A DNA stretch of 64,000 bases, taken from contig JBAXAI010000002.1 of assembly GCA_037142615.1 (NCBI GenBank), positions 128,001-192,000 on the forward strand, written 5' to 3'. Source of the DNA: Spirochaetales bacterium. Its GTDB lineage: Bacteria; Spirochaetota; Spirochaetia; JABEVK01. The notes under the pieces were generated by a model, which worked only from the letters and a program-made list of their open reading frames with translations, searched no databases and was not told where the DNA came from. Position numbers and translations under genes: made by a program. Shown here in pieces: positions 45,181 through 55,124 of this stretch. Numbering within the stretch: the stretch's first letter is position 1; each line of letters starts with the position of its first letter.

Positions 45181-46377
45181 TTAGGCTTCGGGTGACTGGC
45201 GGGCCAAGTGCTCGCGGTACCGGTCCGGGTCGGTCTTGAGCCCGACCACGCGGGTGGCCCCGGTCATCGCCCGGCCTAGCGCCGAGGTTGCCTCGTCGGT
45301 GAGCGTTTTGGCGCTGACGAGGCGGCCTGTTCTTGCTGCCACGCCAGCGCGGAGTTTCACCTGCGGCAAGGTGCGCTCCACGCGCTGCAAGAAGGCCTGG
45401 GCTTCCGACAAACCCTTTTCCAGACTTCGGTTTGGGAGCACCACGGCGATGCCAGGCGCCTTTTCGCGGGTCTCAAAATCGAGGTCGACCGACGGGAAGT
45501 AGGCTCGAACTTCCTGGGCCACCGCGCCATACGTCGACTCCGAGGCGAGCTCGGCTCCACCAAACAGCAATACAGTAAGGTCTTGGTTGTCGGCTGCGCA
45601 GCGGTCGAGTTCGCCGCCCAAGCGGTCGGCGAAAAAATGCGACCAACCCAAACCGCTGTCGGCCGTCAGGCTCGGGCCTTCGGGTGAAACAAACGTGTCG
45701 GTGTTCAGCGGCGGAAGGTCCTCCATGCTCAGCGACTCGTCGAACCAGTACTCGTCTTCGTCTTCGGTCTCGGGCACTCCCGGGTCCCACGCCTCCTGCT
45801 CTTCCTGGGAAGGCGCTGGCGACGGGGCCGGGCGAGCGCTGTCGGTCGGCTCTGTTCGCCTTCGGAGCTGGAACGCGACGAGCAGCGTCGTCAGCAACAA
45901 CAACACAAAAAGGGTGATTCCAGAGGCTCGCAGAAGGCCCAGCACTTCGGTCGTCGAGTAGAACTCCACCACACCCTGCAGGGTCCAAGGCTGGCCTGAG
46001 GGTGTGTAGACCTTGACCTCGGCCAGAATTTCGCGGGGGAACCGGGGAGCCCAGGCGGGAGACTCCTTGGAAAGGTCACCGGTATTGCGGGGGCCGTAGT
46101 AGTATTCGGTGGCACGCTCGGGCGAGGTGAGCAGAACCATCTTCCAGCGGGTGTCGCCCAGAAGTTTAGCCCGAATCACGCCAGACAACGCCTTGGAGTC
46201 GGCCGGTGTGTGAATCGACCAGTCGGTCACAGAACCCGCGGCATCCCTGAGGGCCTCATAGGCTTGAGTCTCCGTTTTTGCTCGGAGCTGATACCAGTCG
46301 GTAACGGCCCAAGCGAGCAAACCGGTCAGTGTGAGGGCAACCAAAAGGGAGTACAAGCGCGTGACGGCCGTGTTCAT
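45181..46377 (-). CDS. Membrane protein with degenerate GGDEF-like domain
   Basis: Two TM, acidic linker, SGLGW..FF.DRL..ELDRC; no GGDEF motif. Confidence 0.65.
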   Translation of the reverse strand: MNTAVTRLYSLLVALTLTGLLAWAVTDWYQLRAKTETQAYEALRDAAGSVTDWSIHTPADSKALSGVIRAKLLGDTRWKMVLLTSPERATEYYYGPRNTGDLSKESPAWAPRFPREILAEVKVYTPSGQPWTLQGVVEFYSTTEVLGLLRASGITLFVLLLLTTLLVAFQLRRRTEPTDSARPAPSPAPSQEEQEAWDPGVPETEDEDEYWFDESLSMEDLPPLNTDTFVSPEGPSLTADSGLGWSHFFADRLGGELDRCAADNQDLTVLLFGGAELASESTYGAVAQEVRAYFPSVDLDFETREKAPGIAVVLPNRSLEKGLSEAQAFLQRVERTLPQVKLRAGVAARTGRLVSAKTLTDEATSALGRAMTGATRVVGLKTDPDRYREHLARQSPEA

Positions 46378-46407
46378 ACCCCCATTATACGGACGATGCA
46401 CCAAAAA

Positions 46408-48018
46408 TCAATCTTGGAGCGGGGCCAGGGCTTGTTCCACCAGGCGCTCGTGCCAGCCCTCTTTGCGACCCCACAGGCGGAGTTGGGCGAGGGCGAGAGG
46501 CCAGAGCGCCAGCCAGTCCTCCTGGCGGTCGGTTGGCAGCGAGGCCAGCCACACGGCCATGGGTTGACCTGCCGGCAACTTCGGCAGGGTTTGAAGCCGC
46601 CGGCGCCAATCGGCCTCCCAGGCTTCCAGATTCCCGGCTTTCGAGTAGGGGACAAACGGGACTGCGGGTTTGCTTGCCAGCTCAAGCCGGCGCTGGTCCA
46701 TGCGGACCCGGTATTCCCTCAGCAGGGGTGTCGTGTAGCACACTCCTTCCGTGTTCTCGTGGCGTTGCAAATCTTCTGCACCGTAGCAACCGGCCAGCAG
46801 CCTGGTTTCCCCTGGGCTGGTGCGAAGGGCCGCACGCAGGTGGAGGGGATACACGTACGTGCCGCGGGCGTAGCCTTTGGCCCACGGGTAGGCGAGGTTG
46901 ACACCCCAGAGCCGGGTTTCCTGGGCACCCCACGCGGCGGCGAGCTCCAAACCCAGCCCCGAGACGTTGGCCGTTGGGACCTCGATTCGCGGAAGGCCGG
47001 AAAAGTGCCTTTGAACGACCCTCGCCATGGGGTGGCCCGACAGAAACGGGAGCACCGTCAGCCCCAGCCGGTGAAAAAGGGGCAACGAGGCCACGTCGGT
47101 CAACAGCGGCAGACCGTCGGGCAAAGGAGGGTGAAAATGGTGGGCACTCGGCAGTTGGCCGTCGAGGCAGAGGACGACATCGGGTCTCCATCCCCGGGCC
47201 AGCAGGGCCGGTAGGGCGGTGTCGGTGGCCAACAGCTTCCAGCCGTTCGTCGGCCGGCCCTCAAGCAGGCGCCGGTTCGCGTCCAACGCCAAGCTCACCT
47301 CCAGGCCGGGGCCGGCACCCGCGATCACGGCCCCCGCAGGGCGCTCCTGAAACTGGTCGAGAACCCGACCCGGCTTCAGCGGCTCAAGGGTTCTCAGATT
47401 GAACAGCAGGTTGTGGTACCACCGCGCGCCGAACCGGGCTTGGGTCGAAAAGTCGCCGCTCCACGAGGCCAGGCGGCGCTGGGCCTCACTGGCGTGAGCT
47501 TCCCACCGGGTGTCGTCGCCTGAAGTGGCCGGCCGCCACCAACGAATGACCACCCCTCCATCCCACAACGGGTGGTAGCGACTCGCCAGCCAGTCCAACC
47601 ACCTGCCGGGCGCCTCGCAGGTGGCAAACCACAAAGGATCGGCGAGCTGGGCCCCAAAATCGCAAAGCGTGAACAGGTTTTGCCAAACCTCCAGCCGGGG
47701 TTCAACCGCCACAATCAAAGCCCGTCCCTTGCTGGCCTGTTTCCAAAGGGTGGGAGGCGCACCGCCGAAAACCACCAGAGTTGTGTCGGGTTCCAAGTCG
47801 CTCGACCAACGCTCGGCTTCTTTTTGCGCGTCGTAGGCCGACTCGAGTGCGAGCCGGCGCCCATTCGCGAGCACTGAAGGGAGCTCCTGCCCGGCACGCG
47901 AGCGCGGAGATTCTCCCTTCCAAGGTCCCAAAGCCCTCAGGCGCGTCCAGAGGCCATTCGAAAGTGCCTCCTGCCTCAGAGCCAGCGCCGCGAGGTTCGC
48001 CTCCCAAAACGAGTTCAC
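46408..48018 (-). CDS. Motility-associated factor (Maf)/MptE-like protein
   Basis: IAGAGPGL, ATDTAL...PDVVLCLDGQ, GVNLAY..G..YARG. Confidence 0.8.
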   Translation of the reverse strand: MNSFWEANLAALALRQEALSNGLWTRLRALGPWKGESPRSRAGQELPSVLANGRRLALESAYDAQKEAERWSSDLEPDTTLVVFGGAPPTLWKQASKGRALIVAVEPRLEVWQNLFTLCDFGAQLADPLWFATCEAPGRWLDWLASRYHPLWDGGVVIRWWRPATSGDDTRWEAHASEAQRRLASWSGDFSTQARFGARWYHNLLFNLRTLEPLKPGRVLDQFQERPAGAVIAGAGPGLEVSLALDANRRLLEGRPTNGWKLLATDTALPALLARGWRPDVVLCLDGQLPSAHHFHPPLPDGLPLLTDVASLPLFHRLGLTVLPFLSGHPMARVVQRHFSGLPRIEVPTANVSGLGLELAAAWGAQETRLWGVNLAYPWAKGYARGTYVYPLHLRAALRTSPGETRLLAGCYGAEDLQRHENTEGVCYTTPLLREYRVRMDQRRLELASKPAVPFVPYSKAGNLEAWEADWRRRLQTLPKLPAGQPMAVWLASLPTDRQEDWLALWPLALAQLRLWGRKEGWHERLVEQALAPLQD

Positions 48019-49520
48019 CGGACCTCCAACGTTGACAGAAACTCGGCCAGGGGTCCTGCCAAGTCGAGGTCAGCGGGCCGGGGTGAACTGGCTGCGGTCA
48101 AGTGCGCTTGCAGCAAGTCAGGCTGGGCGGTTTCGGACCAGCGCCGCAAGGTCTCCTTGGTCATTTGCCCCGCCAGGAGTCGGGTCCTCCAGCGAACAAG
48201 CATAGCCCGCAGGCGCGTCACACGGTCGGTCCTTGAGGGCCAACCTTGAACAGCCGACCAGGTAACCGGCTGCCCAGAACCTTCCACCGCCAACTCGGCA
48301 AGGGCGTTCCACTCCAGCGGCTGGGTTCCTGGCCACGTGACCTGCGTCGGCGCCAGGCGAAGCAGAGGCCGCGCGAACCGGGGTTGGGCACCGAGCCACA
48401 GGGCGTAGGTACGCATGGCTGGCGAAGTGTGGACTCCCGGCGCTACTTCCAGGGTCGCCTGCGAAAAGTAGCGCTCCGCCCAAAGCGCCTCCCACGGCGA
48501 CAGACGACCCACGGCGCTGGCAAGTCTCCGGTCGACCGTGTGTCCCGACACGTGCGCCCGAAAATCCCGGAAGGCCAGATCGAGGCCCGCGACCAGCACC
48601 GGACCGGACGTGAGGGCCTGAGCCCAATGGAGGGCGGTGACGGCCACGGTTCCTTGGCTGGGAACCTGCGTCGGTGGAAGCGGAAACTGAGAAAGGATTT
48701 CCGTTTCCCACGGGAGTCCCTGCCCAAAAAAGGCCGTCGGACGGGCCTCCAGCAGTGAGTCCGGAGCACCGGAAAGTGCTGAGACCACCTGGGCTTTTCC
48801 ACCCGCCAAACGCCGCAGGTGCTCTCGGGCGTAGAAACCCCCATCAGTGGTGATGCCGACATCGGGTTCCAGACCTCTGAGTCGCAGCGCCTCGAAGCTC
48901 GACGGCAGCGCCCACAAGTCGAACGACGAGCGGCAGCGTCGAAGCACTTCCAGCCCGTCCTGCAACGTCGGGCCCGAAGCGGCCACCACAATCGGTCTTG
49001 TTCCTGCCACTGGTGTCACGGCTGACTCCCAGCCGGCGGCATTGCGCAGGGCATTGCGCCACCAGCGGGTTCCGCTGTGTTTCCACGTGAGCCAGGAACC
49101 TTGAACCGTCCGGAAAACGTCGCGGAAGGTCGAGGTCCATTCCAGGCATTCGCTGGGGGCCGCCCGCTCAAAAGCCGGCCAGACTTGCCACCGGCAACTT
49201 GCCGGGCCCGTCTTTTCCAAAACCGCTTCCAAGAAAGTAGCGAGGGGTTGTTTTCCGGGCCACCACGACCACTCCTGGGAGGCACTGCCCGTTTTTTCGG
49301 GCACAAGACTCACAACCCTCACCGACGGGGAGTGGACCGCGACAGCCGCCTCCAGGTACCCACCGGCATCACCAAGCAGGAAAAGCGTTCCCGTGGGTGC
49401 GAGCTCGAGACTCCCGATCCATCGGGTGGCTTCCTTTTCCGGGTCATAGGCCGAGAACAACGCTTTTCCGTTCACCAGGAGCCGCGATCCTCCCGGACCG
49501 CTCTCGGTTCGAAGCTCCAA
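48015..49520 (-). CDS. Motility-associated factor (Maf)/MptE-like protein
   Basis: SAYDPEKEA, AASGPTL, TDGG, GTVA, GLDLAF. Confidence 0.8.
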   Translation of the reverse strand: MELRTESGPGGSRLLVNGKALFSAYDPEKEATRWIGSLELAPTGTLFLLGDAGGYLEAAVAVHSPSVRVVSLVPEKTGSASQEWSWWPGKQPLATFLEAVLEKTGPASCRWQVWPAFERAAPSECLEWTSTFRDVFRTVQGSWLTWKHSGTRWWRNALRNAAGWESAVTPVAGTRPIVVAASGPTLQDGLEVLRRCRSSFDLWALPSSFEALRLRGLEPDVGITTDGGFYAREHLRRLAGGKAQVVSALSGAPDSLLEARPTAFFGQGLPWETEILSQFPLPPTQVPSQGTVAVTALHWAQALTSGPVLVAGLDLAFRDFRAHVSGHTVDRRLASAVGRLSPWEALWAERYFSQATLEVAPGVHTSPAMRTYALWLGAQPRFARPLLRLAPTQVTWPGTQPLEWNALAELAVEGSGQPVTWSAVQGWPSRTDRVTRLRAMLVRWRTRLLAGQMTKETLRRWSETAQPDLLQAHLTAASSPRPADLDLAGPLAEFLSTLEVR

Positions 49521-49522
49521 GG

Positions 49523-50427
49523 TCAGCCCCCCAGATAGCGGGTCAGCTCACCCGGGGACCTCAACACCGTGAGTTCCCACCGAGCAGTGTAACCCTCTGG
49601 CCATTGGAGTGCTCCGAGAATCTGGTGCCACAGAAGGTCTTTGTCCATTTTTCCTGGCAGCACGAAGAACGAAGTCAGCAGAGGGCCATTTTCGAGCACG
49701 GCTCCCTGCTCGCCGGCCAATTCTGACAGCGCGGAAACCAGCAGCATTCTGACGCGATGGGGGAACAGAAGTTTCTGTTCCGCGTGGCGCATCAGCCCCG
49801 AAGTCTCCATGCGGGCTGCCAGCAGAAGATGACCCTTTGCCAAAGTCTGGCTCAGCGTTGTTGCCACGGGGGTCGTTCGGGCCCTGGGCTTGGGAAACAA
49901 CCACTGCAAGAAGGTGTACTTCAGCTGTGTCCAGGCCAACACGAACTTTTCGTCTTCCAGATCGAAGGGAGGAGAATCCACGAGCACGAGTACCCCGAGA
50001 AGAACCTGGGTGTCGGAAACCACGGGGAGCGCCAGTGGAAGCCCGGGTTGGGGCGTGAACTTGGACGAAAAAGCGATGAGTGCCGACTTCTCCGCTCCGC
50101 CGAGGATCTGCGGAACGCCGGCCGACAACCTCAGTCTGAGTGGAGGCGGAAGGTCCAGGCGAAACTCAGGTAGTGGTTTGTCGAGCGTCCAAGCCTTGAG
50201 GATCAGCTGCGGGGCGAGCACCGAATGGACCAAGAAGAAACCGACTCCCAACGACAGGAAGTCCGCAATCCGCGGCAGGGACTTGACCAACGGTGAAACA
50301 AAACCAGCGGTCTCCTGCCTATCCTGGGGTTGCTCCAGGTAGACCAAGACGTCTTTCCAGGTCAGCCCGGAAAAAGGTTTTTTTTTTCGGTGTCTTTGAG
50401 GCGTTGAGCGCGGTCAAGGAGTCCCAT
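49523..50427 (-). CDS. Hypothetical protein interrupted at an A10 tract (programmed frameshift/slippage, pseudogene or sequence error)
   Basis: ATG 50427 coupled via TAATG gives MGLLDRAQRLKDTEKKNLFPG*; the -1 frame after the tract is open to 49523. Confidence 0.65.
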
Positions 50428-52496
50428 TATTCTTTCAACCCCAGTTCCTCGAACAACTTCTTGTAAACTTCGAAATGCTCAGACTCAGCGAACTCCTGAA
50501 TCTTTTCGTCAGGCAGTGAGACCAGTAGCTTGTCCATGTACGCCAGAACGGCCTTGAGTTCGTCGCGAAGGCTTTCTGGAATGCCTCCTTCCGAACGAGC
50601 GGCCACTGGTGCGGGCGCGGGCGGGACGAACAAGGGTTCGGGGCGCTTTTCGGCGGGTTTGGCTGGTTCTGGCTCCATGTCAAACTCGTCAACGGTCTCA
50701 TAAATGGTCTCGTTGGGCAGTTGGGGCACTTCGAGTTCATCGTCGACCATGCGTTCTTGAGGCTTTTCCGCTGCCACAACAGGAAGTTCGTCGTCAAAGG
50801 GAATCTCGAGCCGTGAGTCGGAGGGGGGGAGGGGGTCGTCGAAGCTGGTATCGAAGCTGTCCTCGATGGAATCACCGGGCAAGAGATCGACCGTCAAGTC
50901 GTCATCCAAGGATTCCGGGAACGCCTCTTCTTCCAGCTCGATGCTCTCGGGAACACCCTTTTCCGTTTCGGGCTCGGGGTCGAAAATGGAGCTTTCGTCG
51001 TCTTCGAGTGACGTGCCAGCAAAGAACTCCTCATCGGTAACGTGCGAACTCGCGTCGGAGTCGTCCGAGCTCGGCAAGGGAGGCAGGTTGCCTTCCTCAT
51101 CGGTCAGGATCAGGTCTTCTTCCAAGCTTTCGCCGGTGTCTTCGGCCTCGCTGATTTCTGCGGTCGAAAGGATGTTGTCGAGTTCGTCGCCGGTCAGCGC
51201 GATAGTTTCATCGTCCTCTTCATCAAAGAACCCCTTGTGCTCCTTGATCTCTTCGTCGGCCGCTTCAAGCGATTCGGGCGTTACAGCAGGAGCTTGGGGA
51301 ACCGGCTCGGCGGCCACCGCAGCGGGAAGGCCTCGGAAGCCCGAAAGATCCTTCTTCAGATCCGAGATCTCCCGCTTGATCGAAGAGAGTTCCTGTTCGA
51401 TCTTGCTCAGAATGGCAGCGGCGGTGTCGGTGGTTCCCGACGGAGCCCCGGCGGCCTGGGGACGGATTCCGCTGGTGAGGTTTTCCTCGAGCGCCATCAG
51501 GTGGTCCATGTCGGTGTGGTCGTCAGGATTCAGCGACTCGTCCAGAATGGTTTCCTCAAAGTCGCCGGAGGCTTCCAAGGTCAAGTCGTTGGCGTCGAGA
51601 TCGACGTCGAAGTCCATCGGTTCGGAGGCCACGGAGTCTACTCGCGGCTGAACCGGGCCGTCGAAGTCGGTGATCTCCTCGAAATCGCCAAACTCCGCCA
51701 AGTCTACGTCTTGTGATCCGGCCAAGGGCTGCGGTACCGGGGCTTCGCGGACGGTCTGGGCACCTTCGAGGATTTCCAGTTCCTGGTCGCCGATATCGTC
51801 GTCGATGTCAATGTCGATGTCCAGGAACTCCTCGCCGAACTCTTCGTCGGCGCCCGCCATCGTGGTGGCTGTGCCGACCTCGGCCGGGCTTTCGGGCAAC
51901 TCGGCCTCGACGTCATCAAAGCTCACAAAATCGTCAAGGGATATTTCGTCGAACTCGGCTGAGCCCGCCGGGGCCTCGGTGGTCTTGGCCTCTGGCGAGT
52001 CCAGAACTTCCATTTCGTCATCGAGGGGATTCTGCTCGCCTTCCAACGGTTCATCGCTCACCGTGACAAAGTCAAACTGGTCATCCAAGCTGGCAAGCTC
52101 TTCGCTGGAAAGGAAATCTTCTTCGGGGAGGCCGTCGGAGGAGGCCGCGGAAACGGGGACAATCTCGTCAGGGAGGTCGAAGTCGGGCATTTCCATTTCG
52201 GGGATATCGCTGGGATCGGACACAGCCTCGCTCTTGGAATCCAGGTCGTCCATCGAGGGAAGGTCATCCATGGAAGGCAGGTCATCGAGGTCGGGCAGGG
52301 ACATTTCGTCCATTTCCGGCAGATCTTCCAGACCCGGCAGACCGTCTGTCACGTCCTCGGGAGCGCTCTTGACCCAGACGCCGAACTCGTCCCCGGCGCC
52401 CGACGCCGCTGCGCCTTCAGACTCGCCCTCCAGCGGGACTTCGTCAAAGGAGAAGGTGTCCAGATCGTCGAGTTCAAAATCCTTGTCTTCGGGCAT
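50427..52496 (-). CDS. Very acidic, largely disordered hypothetical protein with short helical islands
   Basis: 689 aa, D/E-rich; ILSKIEQELSSIKREISDLKKDL, EDDETIALTGDELDNIL, and C-terminal LKAVLAYMDKLL...FEELGL. Confidence 0.85.
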   Translation of the reverse strand: MPEDKDFELDDLDTFSFDEVPLEGESEGAAASGAGDEFGVWVKSAPEDVTDGLPGLEDLPEMDEMSLPDLDDLPSMDDLPSMDDLDSKSEAVSDPSDIPEMEMPDFDLPDEIVPVSAASSDGLPEEDFLSSEELASLDDQFDFVTVSDEPLEGEQNPLDDEMEVLDSPEAKTTEAPAGSAEFDEISLDDFVSFDDVEAELPESPAEVGTATTMAGADEEFGEEFLDIDIDIDDDIGDQELEILEGAQTVREAPVPQPLAGSQDVDLAEFGDFEEITDFDGPVQPRVDSVASEPMDFDVDLDANDLTLEASGDFEETILDESLNPDDHTDMDHLMALEENLTSGIRPQAAGAPSGTTDTAAAILSKIEQELSSIKREISDLKKDLSGFRGLPAAVAAEPVPQAPAVTPESLEAADEEIKEHKGFFDEEDDETIALTGDELDNILSTAEISEAEDTGESLEEDLILTDEEGNLPPLPSSDDSDASSHVTDEEFFAGTSLEDDESSIFDPEPETEKGVPESIELEEEAFPESLDDDLTVDLLPGDSIEDSFDTSFDDPLPPSDSRLEIPFDDELPVVAAEKPQERMVDDELEVPQLPNETIYETVDEFDMEPEPAKPAEKRPEPLFVPPAPAPVAARSEGGIPESLRDELKAVLAYMDKLLVSLPDEKIQEFAESEHFEVYKKLFEELGLKE
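52243..52296 (-). repeat. Degenerate in-frame 18-nt tandem repeat (x3; LPSMDD-like)
   Basis: AGGTCGTCCATCGAGGGA / AGGTCATCCATGGAAGGC / AGGTCATCGAGGTCGGGC as read on +. Confidence 0.75.
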
Positions 52497-52625
52497 AACG
52501 GTCTCCTGTCCCAGGCTTTCAATCCATTATCGGTGGGTCGTAGCCATTCTTAATGATACAGAAGAAGAAAGCTTTACGCCATGTTTTTTTCCAGTTTTCC
52601 AACGTTGGCGCCGATAATCACCCCT

Positions 52626-53114
52626 ATGAAGGGGAAAAAAATCCTCCTTTCCCTGTGGTTGGCCACTGCTGCCTTCTGTCTCCTCCAAATTGTCGCCGGA
52701 CCGAATGGGTTCCTCGTCACAGCCAAGCTACAGGACGACGCCCAGCGTCTCGACAAACGCCTCTCGGCTTTGGCCGAGGACAACGCGCGCTTGCAGGCGA
52801 GGTTTGACGCGCTGCAGTCCAGTTCTGAGGCCGTCCGTCTCGAGGCCCGGCGTCTGGGTTGGTTCCGGGCCGGCGAGATTCCCGTCAAAGTTATGGAGGG
52901 GCAGGGTTTCCATCTGCCAACCAAGGCACCCGACTTCACCTTGGCTCTACCGAGCGCAACCGAGGCCCCGGCAGAGGTGTTCTTCCGGTTGGCCTGGTTC
53001 CTGTTCGTCGCTCTGTTCTGGGGTCTGCTCACCCTCTGGGACCTCCTTCGGGACCGGGAGTTGCTTCCGCGCGGCCTCATTGTTCGCGGACGGCTAGATT
53101 TGTTCCGCCATTAA
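52626..53114 (+). CDS. Septum formation initiator (FtsB/DivIC-like)
   Basis: TM, G.NG, coiled coil ending EARRLG..RAGE; extra C-terminal TM. Confidence 0.75.
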   Translation: MKGKKILLSLWLATAAFCLLQIVAGPNGFLVTAKLQDDAQRLDKRLSALAEDNARLQARFDALQSSSEAVRLEARRLGWFRAGEIPVKVMEGQGFHLPTKAPDFTLALPSATEAPAEVFFRLAWFLFVALFWGLLTLWDLLRDRELLPRGLIVRGRLDLFRH

Positions 53115-53177
53115 CATTATAATGACGTGAATTTCTCTCTACGCGCCATCGATGCGCCGCTATTTTCAAAGGATTTT

Positions 53178-55124
53178 ATGACATTTGACGAGTATTCCTT
53201 TCACGACAAGCTCCTTGCGGGAATCAAGGACATGGGCTTTGTCGAACCTACGCCGGTGCAGGCGGAAACCTTCCAGCTGATTGCCCAGAACAAGGACATT
53301 GAAGCCCAGTCGCAGACGGGAACCGGCAAAACCGCCGCTTTTCTCATCTCGGGCTTCCAGTTGATGATGACGGACCCCAAATACCAGGGTCGCAAGATGT
53401 TGGTCATTGCTCCTACCCGCGAACTCGCTGACCAGATCGAAAAAGAGGCCCAAGCCGTGGGTAAGTACCTCGGCTTCCGCATTGGCAGTTTCTATGGAGG
53501 CGTCGGGTACGCCCAACAGGAAAAACTTCTGTCCGAAGGCGTCGATGTGATGATCGGCACTCCAGGTCGCCTTCTCGATTTTGTGGGGCAGGGCAAGGCG
53601 AACTTCGCCGAAGTTGGCGTGCTTGTCATTGACGAAGCCGACCGCCTGTTTGACATGGGCTTTTACCCTGACCTGCGCCAAATGCTGCGCACCATGAGCC
53701 CACCGGAAGACCGCCGCACCATGCTTTACAGCGCCACCCTTTCGCCCAACGTGATGAACCTCGCCTGGGAGTACATGCGCGACCCCGGTCAGATCGTCAT
53801 CGAGCCCGAACACATCACCGTCGAGAAGATTACCCAGGAGCTCTATCACGTCAGCACCGAGGAAAAGTTCGGTGTGCTGCTCGGCGTGATGAAGAAAGAG
53901 AACGCCAAGACGGTGATCATCTTCACCAACACCAAACACAACGCGGTGAGGGTGGCCAAGCGCCTGGAACTCAATGGTTACGAGACCGAGTACATCATGG
54001 GTGACCTGCCCCAAGCCAAGCGCCTGAAGATCATCGAGGACATGAAGGCGGGTAAGACGCCCGTGCTCGTGGCCACCGATGTGGCGGCCCGGGGCCTTCA
54101 CATCAACGGTCTTGACCTGGTGGTCAACTACGACTTGCCTACCGAAGCCGAAAACTACGTGCACCGCATCGGCCGCACCGCACGCGCCGGTCAATCCGGA
54201 AAGGCCGTGTCGTTGGCCTGCGAAAAGTACGTCTACGGACTCAAGGCCATCGAGGAGTTTGCCAACACCAAGATTCCCGTCTCTTGGTTCACCGACGCTG
54301 ATGCCGTAGCTGACAAGAGCAAAGGCGTCTACATTCAGGTCGACGAAGACGACCGTCCGCGCGATCGCGATGGTCGCGGACGTGGCCGGGATGGGGGCCG
54401 GGGTCGCGACAGTTCGCGCGGCGGTCCTCCCCGCAGCGGCGCTCCCCGCGAGCATACGGGAGAACGGCCTCCACGCCCCGAGGGGGCCAGGCCCGAAAGT
54501 GCCCGTCCCGATGGTGGCCGCCGTGATGGTCGGCCCGACCGAGGTGGTCGTGACCGCGACAAGCCTTTGACCATCCGTTCCTCACCGCTGGTGAATGAAG
54601 TCACCGGCATGCGTTTTCTGAAAGACGGCATGGAAACCAAGGGCAAACAGTCGTCGCAAGCCGACCGCATTGCGGCTGCGGCAGCCGCCGTTGGGCCCAA
54701 ACGAGGTCGAGGACCCCGGAAAGAAGGGGCTCCGGCGGGTGAAGGCGGCAAACGTCGCGATGGTCGAAACGGAGAGCCTCGCGGAAGGGCCCCCGAAGGC
54801 GCAGTCGCCCGCGAAGGCCAAGCTCCCCGGGCCGAGCGTCCCGCAGGCGATCGGGCTCCGGGCAACCGGCCTCCCCGTGACGGCCACGTGCGCGATGGGC
54901 AACCTCGTGACAACCGCGGTCGCGACAACCGGGGCAAGGATCCTCGCCGGGCGCCCCAAGGTGCCAAGGGTTCGGCAAAGCCTCAGGGTGATCGTTTGGA
55001 TTACTACAAGTCGAAGTATGGTGAGGACTTCAAGCCTGCCGCCTCGCAGGAAGGGTCGAAGAAAGGTCCGGGCCTGCTGGGCCGCATAGCCGGGATTTTC
55101 GGGCTGGGCAAAAAAGACAAGTGA
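53178..55124 (+). CDS. DEAD-box RNA helicase with long R/G/P/D-rich tail
   Basis: SQTGTGKT, PTRELA, DEAD, SAT, HRIGRTAR. Confidence 0.96.
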   Translation: MTFDEYSFHDKLLAGIKDMGFVEPTPVQAETFQLIAQNKDIEAQSQTGTGKTAAFLISGFQLMMTDPKYQGRKMLVIAPTRELADQIEKEAQAVGKYLGFRIGSFYGGVGYAQQEKLLSEGVDVMIGTPGRLLDFVGQGKANFAEVGVLVIDEADRLFDMGFYPDLRQMLRTMSPPEDRRTMLYSATLSPNVMNLAWEYMRDPGQIVIEPEHITVEKITQELYHVSTEEKFGVLLGVMKKENAKTVIIFTNTKHNAVRVAKRLELNGYETEYIMGDLPQAKRLKIIEDMKAGKTPVLVATDVAARGLHINGLDLVVNYDLPTEAENYVHRIGRTARAGQSGKAVSLACEKYVYGLKAIEEFANTKIPVSWFTDADAVADKSKGVYIQVDEDDRPRDRDGRGRGRDGGRGRDSSRGGPPRSGAPREHTGERPPRPEGARPESARPDGGRRDGRPDRGGRDRDKPLTIRSSPLVNEVTGMRFLKDGMETKGKQSSQADRIAAAAAAVGPKRGRGPRKEGAPAGEGGKRRDGRNGEPRGRAPEGAVAREGQAPRAERPAGDRAPGNRPPRDGHVRDGQPRDNRGRDNRGKDPRRAPQGAKGSAKPQGDRLDYYKSKYGEDFKPAASQEGSKKGPGLLGRIAGIFGLGKKDK

